A stretch of 59,114 nucleotides of DNA from Anaerolineae bacterium (lineage in GTDB: Bacteria; Chloroflexota; Anaerolineae; 4572-78; JBHHXL01). Location: positions 1 through 59,114 of the forward strand of contig JBHHXL010000002.1 in assembly GCA_046757065.1 (NCBI GenBank), given 5' to 3'. The stretch's first letter is position 1; every line of letters starts with the position of its first letter. Below are positions 1 through 8,728 of the stretch, piece by piece. Both the position numbers and the translations under genes were made by a program. The notes under the pieces are model-generated. The model made no database searches, had not been told where the DNA came from, and saw nothing but the letters and a program-made list of their open reading frames with translations.

Positions 1-74
1 TCGATATCCGTTTTCATCAAGCGCGAGTCGATGCGCATCCTAATGTGTCCTCGATAAGGGGCCATCCTGCAACC

Positions 75-109
75 GTATTAAGGGCTTTAGCCCTTTGCGG
101 CCTCAATAC
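75..109. repeat. Nested hairpin repeat (GTATTAAGG...CCTCAATAC enclosing GGGC-TTTA-GCCC)
   Basis: Inverted arms are visible in the sequence. A related two-armed copy lies at 7539-7590. Confidence 0.5.
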
Positions 110-131
110 AATGCCTGGTTACCCGCCAGGC

Positions 132-152
132 GGACAAGCTGTCAGCTTGTCC
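132..152. repeat. GGACAAGCT-N3-AGCTTGTCC hairpin, followed by TACAAAAC
   Basis: Perfect 9-bp stem. The same module occurs at 24570-24590 and 39277-39300, and as GCACAAGCT-AAC-AGCTTGTGC inside the 107-bp elements at 28276 and 58967. Confidence 0.6.
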
Positions 153-799
153 TACAAAACCGTCGCCTGCTTCGCGTCAGGCAACGACGCTGTCTTTTCT
201 GCATACACCAGGGCCGAAAGCCCGTAAGGCGCTTCGAGACTTTCCATCCGAAACCCGATTTCCTCCAGCAACGACCGCCAGCCGTCCGGAGTATAGACCC
301 ACATGCACCGCTGCTCGACGATGTAATAGTAAAACGTGTGCAAGAACAGTTTCAGCAGCCAGTTGCGCGGCTCGTAGAGGTCGTAGATAACCAGCCGGCC
401 GCCCGGTTTCATCACCCGGCGCACCTCCTTCAGCAAACCGGGCAGATCGGGGAACTCGTGCGCCGCCAGGGTGAAGTACACCTCGTCGAAGTGCTCGTCG
501 TGAAATGGCAGCACCCGAACATCACCATTGATCAGGTGCGTCTTGCTGCCATCCCGCCGCTGGTTACGCCGGTTGGCGCGCAACATCGGACGCGATAGAT
601 CGATCCCCACCACCCGCCGGGCCGGAACCCGGTTGCTGATGTAGCCGGTCCCGCAGCAGAGGTCTAGCACCTCCCCGTTGCCCTCCAGGTGGAATTTCAA
701 AATGCGCTGCCGCACAGCTTCGTAGGTCCCCAGCATATAGAGGTGGGTTAATGGGTCATAATAATTGGCAATCTTGTCGAAAAAGGCAGGTGGTGTCAT
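152..799 (-). CDS. Class I SAM-dependent methyltransferase (UbiE/MenG-like)
   Basis: 215-aa ORF with motif I VLDLCCGTGY. The N-terminus FFDKIANYYDP..LGTY resembles UbiE/MenG. The ATG overlaps the stop of the upstream UbiA gene (ATGA at 796-799). Confidence 0.8.
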   Translation of the reverse strand: MTPPAFFDKIANYYDPLTHLYMLGTYEAVRQRILKFHLEGNGEVLDLCCGTGYISNRVPARRVVGIDLSRPMLRANRRNQRRDGSKTHLINGDVRVLPFHDEHFDEVYFTLAAHEFPDLPGLLKEVRRVMKPGGRLVIYDLYEPRNWLLKLFLHTFYYYIVEQRCMWVYTPDGWRSLLEEIGFRMESLEAPYGLSALVYAEKTASLPDAKQATVL

Positions 800-1758
800 A
801 GCACTGCACTCAACCAGAATCCCATACAGAAAAGCAGCATGGTACTGCTATAAGTGATGACCATGGCCCGATTGGCAGGAGCCATTGCCCACGGCCTGAG
901 ATAGTCGGCCAGGATAACCCGAAACGAGCGTATGGCAAACGGCGCCGAAGCTAAGGCTAACAATGTCCATTGGGGGAAGACTCCCATCACGGCTCCGCCA
1001 ACGATATACAGGTAAACCCCTGTCAGGCTGGCGACATAGAGCCAGCGGGTGCGCCCTGGCCCCAGCCGGACGGTCAGGTTCAGTTTGTTGGCGTGCAGGT
1101 CTTCGGCGTAGTCGGGAATCTCATTGACAAGGATCATTGACCACATCAGCAGGCCGGGCAGCAGACCGGCAAGCCCGGCGATGGGGCTGAAGTGGCCGGT
1201 TTGCACGTAGGCGGCGCCCAGCGTGATCGTCGGTCCATAGCCGATCAGCATTGCCAGCTCGCCCACGCCGCGATGAGAGAAGCGAAGCGGCTTGACGGAA
1301 TAGAAGACGGATAGGAAGAGGCCCAGCAGCGCCATCCAGAAAACGCCAAGGCCCATCCGGAACGTCAAGTATACGCCAATGGCGGCAGCGATCAAATAGA
1401 ACAGCGTGACGGCGGTCAGCGTCTCGCCGGGTTGCAAGGAACCGTCGGCCAGGACGCCGCTGCCCCCGCTGAACGGATTCTTATTTTCCGTTTTGGAACA
1501 ATCGGTGCCGTAGACGTAATCGAGGGTATCGTTCAGCATTGTCAGCCCGATCTGCACACACGCCGATCCAACAAGGGCCAGGGCGAAGAAGCCCGGGTTG
1601 AACTCTCCCGTCTGAATCCAGGCCACCATACTCCCTAAGACCACAGGTAGAACCCCCTGGGGCAGGAATTTCAGCCGAAATGACTGCACCCACACGCGGA
1701 CTCGCCAGCCTACATCAGCCGCTGCAGATATTTGAATGTCTCTTGGGCCAATTGACAT
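796..1758 (-). CDS. UbiA-family (MenA-like) aromatic prenyltransferase
   Basis: 320-aa polytopic ORF with Asp-rich motifs NDTLDYVYGTD (NDxxDxxxD) and DYAED. The 5' end overlaps the previous gene by 49 nt, so the true start is uncertain. Confidence 0.8.
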   Translation of the reverse strand: MSIGPRDIQISAAADVGWRVRVWVQSFRLKFLPQGVLPVVLGSMVAWIQTGEFNPGFFALALVGSACVQIGLTMLNDTLDYVYGTDCSKTENKNPFSGGSGVLADGSLQPGETLTAVTLFYLIAAAIGVYLTFRMGLGVFWMALLGLFLSVFYSVKPLRFSHRGVGELAMLIGYGPTITLGAAYVQTGHFSPIAGLAGLLPGLLMWSMILVNEIPDYAEDLHANKLNLTVRLGPGRTRWLYVASLTGVYLYIVGGAVMGVFPQWTLLALASAPFAIRSFRVILADYLRPWAMAPANRAMVITYSSTMLLFCMGFWLSAVL

Positions 1759-2555
1759 TCATCAACCTCCAGATCGTTAGTGTTGAACTCGGCGTTGATC
1801 AAACCTCTGTAATCAATCGTCTCTAATCCTCGAAACACATCTGCAAAATCAATGTCGCCCTGCCCGATGGGAAGGTGAACATGTTTTCTGTCCTTGATAT
1901 CTTCCAAATGAACGTTGAAGATTTCGCGGTTACATTCAATGATCGCCTGGCTTACTGGACGGGTATCTGTGCATACGACATGGCCTACATCCAGCGTCAA
2001 GCCGAGCGCTGGCGAATCGACATGCGATTTGAGATATTGATAGTCCGCCAGATTGGACACGAACATGGACGGGTGAAATTCGAACCCCAGCTTAACCCCC
2101 TGGTTGTAGGCGAGGTCGGCCAGACGAGTTACTTCCGCAATTAACCATTTCCACGCCACCCCTGGATCAACGTCTGGCGGCAACGTGCCAGAATGAAGCA
2201 TTACGACTCGCGCACCTAGAAGCGGCGCGATCCGGATAGTCTCGACGACAAACCGAACATATCGCTCTCGTTCGGTGGAGGACGCGCTCACCAGCGAGGG
2301 TTCATGAGCTACATCGCTTAACACATACCGTCCGCCGGTGTTCAAGACAAGTTCGAGATTGTACGCGGCGATTTGCCGGGCTAGTTGGCGTTGGGTGTTC
2401 TTATCAGAGAAATAGGGATGAAAGTGCAGTCTATCCAGGGTCAACTCCAGGCCAGCATAGCCGAGAGAGTGGATAATTCCAATAACATTCATCAAGTTTT
2501 TAGAGCGAGAAAATCCACTCGTATTGTAGCCAAGTTTAAGCATCGTACATCCCAA
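1710..2555 (-). CDS. Xylose-isomerase-like TIM-barrel protein (sugar phosphate isomerase/epimerase family)
   Basis: 281 aa. Family pattern seen: GYAGLELT, VVMLHSG, GFEFHP, LTLDVGH, HLED. Confidence 0.75.
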   Translation of the reverse strand: MGCTMLKLGYNTSGFSRSKNLMNVIGIIHSLGYAGLELTLDRLHFHPYFSDKNTQRQLARQIAAYNLELVLNTGGRYVLSDVAHEPSLVSASSTERERYVRFVVETIRIAPLLGARVVMLHSGTLPPDVDPGVAWKWLIAEVTRLADLAYNQGVKLGFEFHPSMFVSNLADYQYLKSHVDSPALGLTLDVGHVVCTDTRPVSQAIIECNREIFNVHLEDIKDRKHVHLPIGQGDIDFADVFRGLETIDYRGLINAEFNTNDLEVDECQLAQETFKYLQRLM

Positions 2556-2561
2556 TTGTGA

Positions 2562-2671
2562 CTATTCAGGTGACTGGCACTTTGGTTTCAAAAGAGGCAC
2601 ACTCGGTAGCAAATAGCAACCATTTTACTACAATCAAGTGCCAGTCACCTATTCACCTTTAAGGTGAATAG
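2562..2671. repeat. Inverted-repeat intergenic element (AGGTGACTGGCACTT arms plus nested TTTAA-centred palindrome)
   Basis: CTATTCAGGTGACTGGCACTT (2562-2582) pairs with AAGTGCCAGTCACCT (2636-2650). The 3' arm is interrupted by ATTCACC-TTTAA-GGTGAAT. The element fills the whole gap between two genes. Confidence 0.6.
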
Positions 2672-4402
2672 TTACTCCCAATTGAAGACGCTATCGAGGT
2701 CCTGGTCGCTGACATCGAAGACGAGGTTGAAGGGCGGCAGGGCCTCGGTCTTGAAAAACTCCGGCAGCCGGTCGTGGGCCGGGGTGAAGCCGGCTGCCCG
2801 ATTGAAGTCCCGTTCCATTTGCAGCACGTCGCAGCCCAATTGAGAAACGTAGTCAGCGGGAAACTCGCCGCCGGCGAGCGCCCGCAGCATCTCGACCACG
2901 ACCTCCATCTGAGGCGCGGTCGCGCCGGTCACGAAAGAGCATAGGCCCAGTGTATCCCAGGCCGCCGCCGTAATCTGCGCCCTGCGCGAAAGTTCGGCTT
3001 TGCCCTCCGGGCTGTGGTGATCGACCGGGAAATCAGCGGTATGCCCGGCCGTGTGGTCGGCGCCCATCGGCGAGGTGGCGTAGGTCACGCCCAGACCCTT
3101 GACCGCGCGCGGGTCGTAGGCGGCGATGCATTGGCCCTTGACCACGGGCGTGCGGGCCAGGCCGAAGACGCTCCCGGCGGTGGCCGCCCCGTGGCCGATC
3201 ACCCGGCCAGACACGCTGCCGCGCTCGATCTCGTCGAGCAAGCCGAATACGCCCTCGACGTCGCCGAAAGCGAGCTGCCCGGCGTCCATCGCCACACCGA
3301 TCGCGCCGCCTACATCTACCGCGTCGAGGCCCAGGTCGTTGCAGCGCCGGTTGAAGCGCGCCACCGCATCCAGCGAGCCAATGCCGAGATTTGGCCCCAG
3401 CATGACCATGCTTTCGTACTCGATGGGGGCCACGATGGCCCCCCCGCCGGCGTCCGGCACGACGTTGGAGCAGCGCAGGACGCAGCCGGACATGCAGGCG
3501 TGGGTCGTTTTGCCAGCGCCGCCACGCCGGCGGATCGTCTCGCGCACGGCCTGTCCATCCAGTTCAGACAGGTCCTCGAAAGCGCCGGCGCGGAAATTGC
3601 GGGTGGGCAGCCCGCCGAGTTTCTGCATCGGGGCGACCATGTAGGGGGTGCCGATCTCAGGAAAGACCGTTGAGGTGTAGTAATCCTCTCGCAGGCCGGT
3701 TGTGTAGCGCCGGATGGCCTGCTTCAGCGATTCCGGGTTGGCGGCCGGAGGCGCTTTTTTGGACGTCTCTTCGATGACGATGGCCTTCAGGCCCTTGCTG
3801 CCCATAACCGCGCCGAGGCCGCCACGAGCGGCCAGGCGTCCGGGGTTGCCGTCGCGGTCGGTCAGGGCGATGCCGGCGGCTTTCAGGCGCATCTCTCCGG
3901 CGGGGCCGAGAAGCACCAGCGTGTTCCTGGCCCCGAACCGCGCCAGGAGTTTTTCGGCCAGGGCGTAATTGCCAAGCCCCCGGTATTCGTCGGCCGGCAG
4001 AAACTCGCACCCCTCCGCGCCGATGCGGACCAGATAGAGGCGTTCGGGCTCAGGTTTCCCTTCGATGATGACGGCCCGCAATCCGAGCCTGACGAGGTTC
4101 CCGGCGGCATTACCGCCGGCGTTGCTTTCCTTGATGCCGCCGGTCAGGGGGCTTTTGGCCCCAATAGAAATCCGTCCGGCGCTGGACGCTTGCGCGCCGC
4201 GCGCGGCCAGCAGTCCCGGCGCGAGGATCAATTTATTGCTTCGGCCGAGCGGATCGCAGGCTGGCGGTACTTCCCGGTTGAGGATGGCCGCTGTCAGCCC
4301 CCGCCCGCCCCACCGCGCGTAATCCTCGGATAAGGGTTCCGGTTGCGCCGTCAGGCGCGCCATGTTCAGGCGTAACAGATGCACGGCATCACTATCGCTC
4401 AA
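2672..4402 (-). CDS. Aldehyde:ferredoxin oxidoreductase family (tungstopterin AOR), copy 1
   Basis: 576 aa with an AOR N-domain pattern (GGRGLTAAIL) and a C-domain with SPMGADHTAGH and the Cys-rich HACMSGCVLRC. Overlaps the upstream hydantoinase A gene by 11 nt. Confidence 0.85.
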   Translation of the reverse strand: MSDSDAVHLLRLNMARLTAQPEPLSEDYARWGGRGLTAAILNREVPPACDPLGRSNKLILAPGLLAARGAQASSAGRISIGAKSPLTGGIKESNAGGNAAGNLVRLGLRAVIIEGKPEPERLYLVRIGAEGCEFLPADEYRGLGNYALAEKLLARFGARNTLVLLGPAGEMRLKAAGIALTDRDGNPGRLAARGGLGAVMGSKGLKAIVIEETSKKAPPAANPESLKQAIRRYTTGLREDYYTSTVFPEIGTPYMVAPMQKLGGLPTRNFRAGAFEDLSELDGQAVRETIRRRGGAGKTTHACMSGCVLRCSNVVPDAGGGAIVAPIEYESMVMLGPNLGIGSLDAVARFNRRCNDLGLDAVDVGGAIGVAMDAGQLAFGDVEGVFGLLDEIERGSVSGRVIGHGAATAGSVFGLARTPVVKGQCIAAYDPRAVKGLGVTYATSPMGADHTAGHTADFPVDHHSPEGKAELSRRAQITAAAWDTLGLCSFVTGATAPQMEVVVEMLRALAGGEFPADYVSQLGCDVLQMERDFNRAAGFTPAHDRLPEFFKTEALPPFNLVFDVSDQDLDSVFNWE

Positions 4403-6461
4403 GGTTCAGGTTCCCAAATTCATCGACCGCGCCGCTCCAGCCTGGAATGACCACAATGGTGGTGGTCACTTCTTCAACGATGGCGGGGCCGGATAGTTGC
4501 GTGCCGGGCTGCGAGCGAAGTTTGGCTCCGTCGTACACGGATGTATCCGCAAAACCGCCGCATTCCTCGAAGTAAACCGGGCGTGTTCCCTTGAGAGCGA
4601 CGGATGGATCGGGGCCATTGCGAGGGAGTCGAGCAATCTCCGGCTTGGGTTTTTCGCCAACCGCCGTCAGACGAATGTTGATGGTTTCGATGTCCGCCTC
4701 CAGCTCGTGGTACATAAAGAGCCGTTGATGAGCCTCGTGGAAGCGGCGAGCGATCTCGGGGATGTCGTCCGGGGTCAGTCGATGTGACGGCACGCGAACG
4801 GTCACCTCGTGGTGCTGGCCCTCGTAACGCATATCCATATCGCACTCGAAGTGGATATTCTCAGGGGCGATCCCCTCGGCCAGCAGCGCCGCCCGGCCTT
4901 CTGACTTCAGCCGGTCAAACTCTGCGTTCAATCGCTCCAGGTCCAGTTTTGAAATGAAATCCCAGAAGGTGTAGACATAATCGTGCTTGAGGTCAGACTC
5001 GATCATCCCCAGCGCGCAAAAGACGGAAGCGGCCTGGGGGACGATGACGCGCGGCACGCCGACGGCCTGGGCCAGCCGCGCGGCGTGGGCCGGCCCGGCG
5101 CCGCCGGCCGCCAACAACGCAAACGAGCGAGGATCGTGGCCTTTCTGGATGCTCATCACTCGAATGGCATCGGCCATGCTGGCGTTGGTCAGCTTGTGGA
5201 TGCCGTAGGCTGCCGTGACCGTATCCAGGCCCAAGGGATCGGCGATATGCTTCTGCACTGCCTGTCGAGCGGCGTCTTTGTCCAGAACGATCTCGCCGCC
5301 CAGGAAGTAGTTCTCGTTAAGGTAGCCCAGCAACAGATTGGCATCGGTCACGGTCGGTTTATTCCCGCCCCGCCCGTAGCAGGCCGGACCGGGCAGCGCG
5401 CCGGCCGATTGGGGGCCGACCTGGAGCAGGCCGCCCCGGTCGAGATAGGCCAGACTGCCGCCGCCGGCGCCGATGGTGTGAATATCGATCACCGGCAGGG
5501 CCACGCGGTAGCCGCCGACCTCGCTCTCGGTCGTCATCTCGTAGCGGCCTTCGTTGATGAGGGTCACGTCGAAGCTGGTGCCGCCCATATCGACCACAAT
5601 GAAGTTCGGCGTGTCCAGGGTGCGCGCCAGAAACATGCCGCCGATGGCTCCTCCCGACGGGCCGGAGAGAACGGCGTTGACGGCGTGGTCGGAGCCGTAG
5701 GCGATGGTCATCACCCCGCCGTTGGATTGCATAACCAGGAACTCGTTCTGCAAGCCCTCGTCAGCTAGCGCGGCGCGCAGGCGTTCCAGGTAGCGGCGCA
5801 CCACCGGGCCTACATAGGCGTTGACGACGGTGGTCGAGGTGCGTTCGTACTCGCGCACCTGGCGCAGAATCGCCGACGAAATCGAAACATACGCCTGGGG
5901 AAACTCCTCGGCGATGAGTTCTGCCAGGCGGCGCTCGTGGGCGTCATTGACGTAAGAGAAGAGCAGGCACACGGCAATGGACTCGACGCCGCCGGCGCGC
6001 AGTTCGCGGATCACGCGCCGGGCGTCGTTTTCATCGAGCGGCGTAATGACCTGGCCGCGATAGTCCATCCGTTGCTCGACGCCCAGCCGCCGGTAGCGGG
6101 GAACGATCATCGGCGGGCGCTGCGGCGAGAGGTCCCAGATGTTAGGCTTGTAGCCGCGCCGCATTTCCAGCGAGTCGCGAAAGCCCCGGGTGGTGATCAG
6201 GCCGGTGGGGACGCCTTTGTGTTCAAGCATGGTGTTGGTGGCCACGGTGGTGCCCAGCACCAGCAGCTCGATCTGGCCCAGGAACTCCGCCGGCGGTAAA
6301 CCGTAATGGGCGGCTGCCTTGCCCAGGACGTTGAAAACCCCCACCGAGGGGTCCTCCGGGGTGGACAGGTCCTTGAAGATGTCAATCGCGCCGGCAGGCC
6401 CCACCACTGCGCCGTCCGTAAAAGTGCCGCCGATGTCGATGCCAACCCGGTAACCCATCAC
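4392..6461 (-). CDS. hyuA: Hydantoinase A / oxoprolinase / acetone-carboxylase-beta family (ATP-dependent)
   Basis: 689 aa with ASKHA-type motifs RVGIDIGGTFTD and VVDMGGTSFDV. Confidence 0.9.
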   Translation of the reverse strand: MMGYRVGIDIGGTFTDGAVVGPAGAIDIFKDLSTPEDPSVGVFNVLGKAAAHYGLPPAEFLGQIELLVLGTTVATNTMLEHKGVPTGLITTRGFRDSLEMRRGYKPNIWDLSPQRPPMIVPRYRRLGVEQRMDYRGQVITPLDENDARRVIRELRAGGVESIAVCLLFSYVNDAHERRLAELIAEEFPQAYVSISSAILRQVREYERTSTTVVNAYVGPVVRRYLERLRAALADEGLQNEFLVMQSNGGVMTIAYGSDHAVNAVLSGPSGGAIGGMFLARTLDTPNFIVVDMGGTSFDVTLINEGRYEMTTESEVGGYRVALPVIDIHTIGAGGGSLAYLDRGGLLQVGPQSAGALPGPACYGRGGNKPTVTDANLLLGYLNENYFLGGEIVLDKDAARQAVQKHIADPLGLDTVTAAYGIHKLTNASMADAIRVMSIQKGHDPRSFALLAAGGAGPAHAARLAQAVGVPRVIVPQAASVFCALGMIESDLKHDYVYTFWDFISKLDLERLNAEFDRLKSEGRAALLAEGIAPENIHFECDMDMRYEGQHHEVTVRVPSHRLTPDDIPEIARRFHEAHQRLFMYHELEADIETINIRLTAVGEKPKPEIARLPRNGPDPSVALKGTRPVYFEECGGFADTSVYDGAKLRSQPGTQLSGPAIVEEVTTTIVVIPGWSGAVDEFGNLNLER

Positions 6462-7462
6462 GGCTGCCCCATCAGCAAGGCCAGAATGCCTTTTTGGACG
6501 TGCAGGCGATTCTCGGCCTGGTCGAGGATGACCGAACGCGGCCCGTCGAGGACTTTGCTGGTTACCTCTTGATCGCGGGCAGCCGGCATACAGTGCATCA
6601 CATTCACATCAGGGCGGGCAAACGCCAGCAAATCATCATCGACGATCCACGATTTGTACTGGTCAGGGTCAAGAATATGGGGGGCCTTACCCTGCGGCGC
6701 TAACTCGTCGGTGTCTTTGAACTTATCCTTGAAAACTTGTGGCGAGGCCCAGCAATAGACGTTGATAATATCCGCGCCCTGGGCCGCCTCCTGCATATCG
6801 TGGACGATCTCGAGGCGCGCGCCGGAGAGGGCGGCCTCGGCCTGCGCCTTGTCCCAGATTTCCGGCTCCGGCTCGTAGCCCTCCGGGCAGGCCAGGACGA
6901 AGTGCGCCCCCAGGCGCGAGGCAATGTACAGGCTGGAATTCGGCAGGCCCATCGGCGGGCTGGCCGGTCGCCAGGCCCAGGTAAAGACATACTTCAGTTG
7001 TTTCACATCCCCCTTTTTCTCCTGAATGGTCATGAAATCGGCCAGCGCCTGGCAGGGGTGCCCCTCGGCGGTGGAAGCGTTGATGACCGGAATGTCAATC
7101 AGGTCTGCCGCCGCCTGCAACTCAGCCGAGGAGGCCACCCGGCCCACCAGGCCGTCGGCGAAGCGGCCCATCACGCCGACGGTGTCGGCCCATGTTTCGT
7201 TGGCCTTTGAGGCCCAGATACGATCGGGAAACAGGTATTGCGCGTGCCCGCCTAGTTGGGTCATAGCGGCTTCAAACGAGATGCTGGTCCGGGTGGAGGG
7301 CATGTTGAAGATCATCGCCAGCGTTTTGTTCTTGAGAATATCCGGGCGCTGGCCGCGCCTTGCCAACCGCTTGAGGTCCCAGGCGGTTTCCCATATCTGG
7401 AACAGGTCCTCGCGGGTGTAATCGTGCAGGGAAATAAGATCAGGGTGGCGGAAATTTGGCAT
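6458..7462 (-). CDS. Aspartate/ornithine carbamoyltransferase-family protein with non-canonical second-substrate site
   Basis: 334 aa. Motifs are STRTS (variant of STRTR), HPCQ and HCMP (HCLP). There is no DxxxSMG ornithine motif. Overlaps the downstream gene by 4 nt. Confidence 0.85.
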   Translation of the reverse strand: MPNFRHPDLISLHDYTREDLFQIWETAWDLKRLARRGQRPDILKNKTLAMIFNMPSTRTSISFEAAMTQLGGHAQYLFPDRIWASKANETWADTVGVMGRFADGLVGRVASSAELQAAADLIDIPVINASTAEGHPCQALADFMTIQEKKGDVKQLKYVFTWAWRPASPPMGLPNSSLYIASRLGAHFVLACPEGYEPEPEIWDKAQAEAALSGARLEIVHDMQEAAQGADIINVYCWASPQVFKDKFKDTDELAPQGKAPHILDPDQYKSWIVDDDLLAFARPDVNVMHCMPAARDQEVTSKVLDGPRSVILDQAENRLHVQKGILALLMGQP

Positions 7463-7538
7463 AGGTGTTATCTCCGTCTAAAAGTAACTATTCCCCCTTG
7501 AAAATAGCTGTCTACCGGTTGGGGGGTGGCCGGGCATT

Positions 7539-7590
7539 GTATTGAGGGCTTCAGCCCTTGCCAGGCTCAGAGGGCTAAAGCCCTCAATAC
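7539..7590. repeat. Hairpin repeat GTATTGAGGGCTTCAGCCC ... GGGCTAAAGCCCTCAATAC
   Basis: Two inverted copies of the motif also seen at 75-109. Lies between the opine-DH-like and carbamoyltransferase genes. Confidence 0.55.
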
Positions 7591-7606
7591 GGCCACGGTC
7601 GATTTG

Positions 7607-8728
7607 CTAATACCCTTCTTCCAGGTACGCTTTCAATCGTTCCTTGGACCAGGCCGGATCGATTCCCATCTTCTCCACGGTGCGGCCGAGCGCCCAGTAA
7701 TCCTCCTGGTTGAGGATCGAGGCCAGGGTGATGATGGCTTCGGAGGCGGGGGTAGGTACATTTAGCATCTGCCCCAGCGAGGCCCAGGTCACCAGGCCGT
7801 AGGGCACATCCTCGGTCAGGTGGCGGGCTTTGAGGCTGTAAGGGCCGGGAACCTGCTCCAGCTTCTCGGTGTGCATCGACTCGTACATGGGCAGGACGGT
7901 ATCTCCGGCGTGGCCGGGGTTGTACTTGTTGCGGGTGTGTTCCACCTCCAGGGGGACGGCTTCGATGTCGAGCGCCTGCGCCAGCGCCATCCGTTCGCGA
8001 TCAATGGCTTCGATGATGTTGCAGACCGCCGGCGGATTCTCGTCGCGGCCAAAAAGATGAAACTCCTCCTTGCGGTAACCCGAGTCGATGCGGGCGGCGT
8101 TGGCAATCATCGGCCCGGTGTGGGTGATGGCGTTAAAATCGAGCAGCACACTCTCGAACAGATTGGGCGCTCGCCGGAAATCGCGGGTGGGGAAGAGCGC
8201 TTGCAGCGCCTCCCGCACACGGTCGGTGTGCTTGCCCGGAAAGGCGGCGACGACGTTCTCTTGAATCACGCCAAAGACGGTGACCTCGGCCGGGCCTATT
8301 TTGCGGCAGCCGTGCAGGAGCGTGTTGGTCTCGCCTAACACAACATCTTTTTCAATGCCCAATTCCTTCAGAACTTGCGACCAGGCCACCGACCCGCCGC
8401 CTTTGCCCATCGTCACCACGATCTGCCCATCTTCCAGGTGCGGCGCGGCGACGCGGGCCAGCGTTCCATAAGCATAGGCCGGAACCGGGTTGAAGACAAC
8501 CTCTGCCCCGTGCAGCGCGGCAGCGATGTCGCTGGTGGCCAGGGCTACCGCTCCGAATCCCTCTTTCTCCACGCCGGAGATGCGGATCCCTCCCTGGGCG
8601 CTTACTTCGGCCAGGCCGCCGGCGTACACGGGAAGTTCATACAGGCGCACTTCGTGCCCTTCCAGACCCAGATGAGCCGCCATCGTCATGCCGCCGTTCC
8701 CAGCGCCCAAAATGGCAACTTTCGTCAT
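7607..8728 (-). CDS. NAD(P)-dependent opine (octopine/nopaline) dehydrogenase-family protein
   Basis: 373 aa. Rossmann N-terminus KVAILGAGNGGMTMAAHL and C-terminal RHLTEDVPYGLV...TP pattern. Overlaps the hyuB stop by 4 nt. Confidence 0.8.
   Translation of the reverse strand: MTKVAILGAGNGGMTMAAHLGLEGHEVRLYELPVYAGGLAEVSAQGGIRISGVEKEGFGAVALATSDIAAALHGAEVVFNPVPAYAYGTLARVAAPHLEDGQIVVTMGKGGGSVAWSQVLKELGIEKDVVLGETNTLLHGCRKIGPAEVTVFGVIQENVVAAFPGKHTDRVREALQALFPTRDFRRAPNLFESVLLDFNAITHTGPMIANAARIDSGYRKEEFHLFGRDENPPAVCNIIEAIDRERMALAQALDIEAVPLEVEHTRNKYNPGHAGDTVLPMYESMHTEKLEQVPGPYSLKARHLTEDVPYGLVTWASLGQMLNVPTPASEAIITLASILNQEDYWALGRTVEKMGIDPAWSKERLKAYLEEGY

Noticed and set aside
1-60. Possible start of a minus-strand gene running off the left edge (ATG at about 33, MRIDSRLMKTDI...).
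   Set aside because: Only about 11 codons are inside the window, which is too little to support any call.
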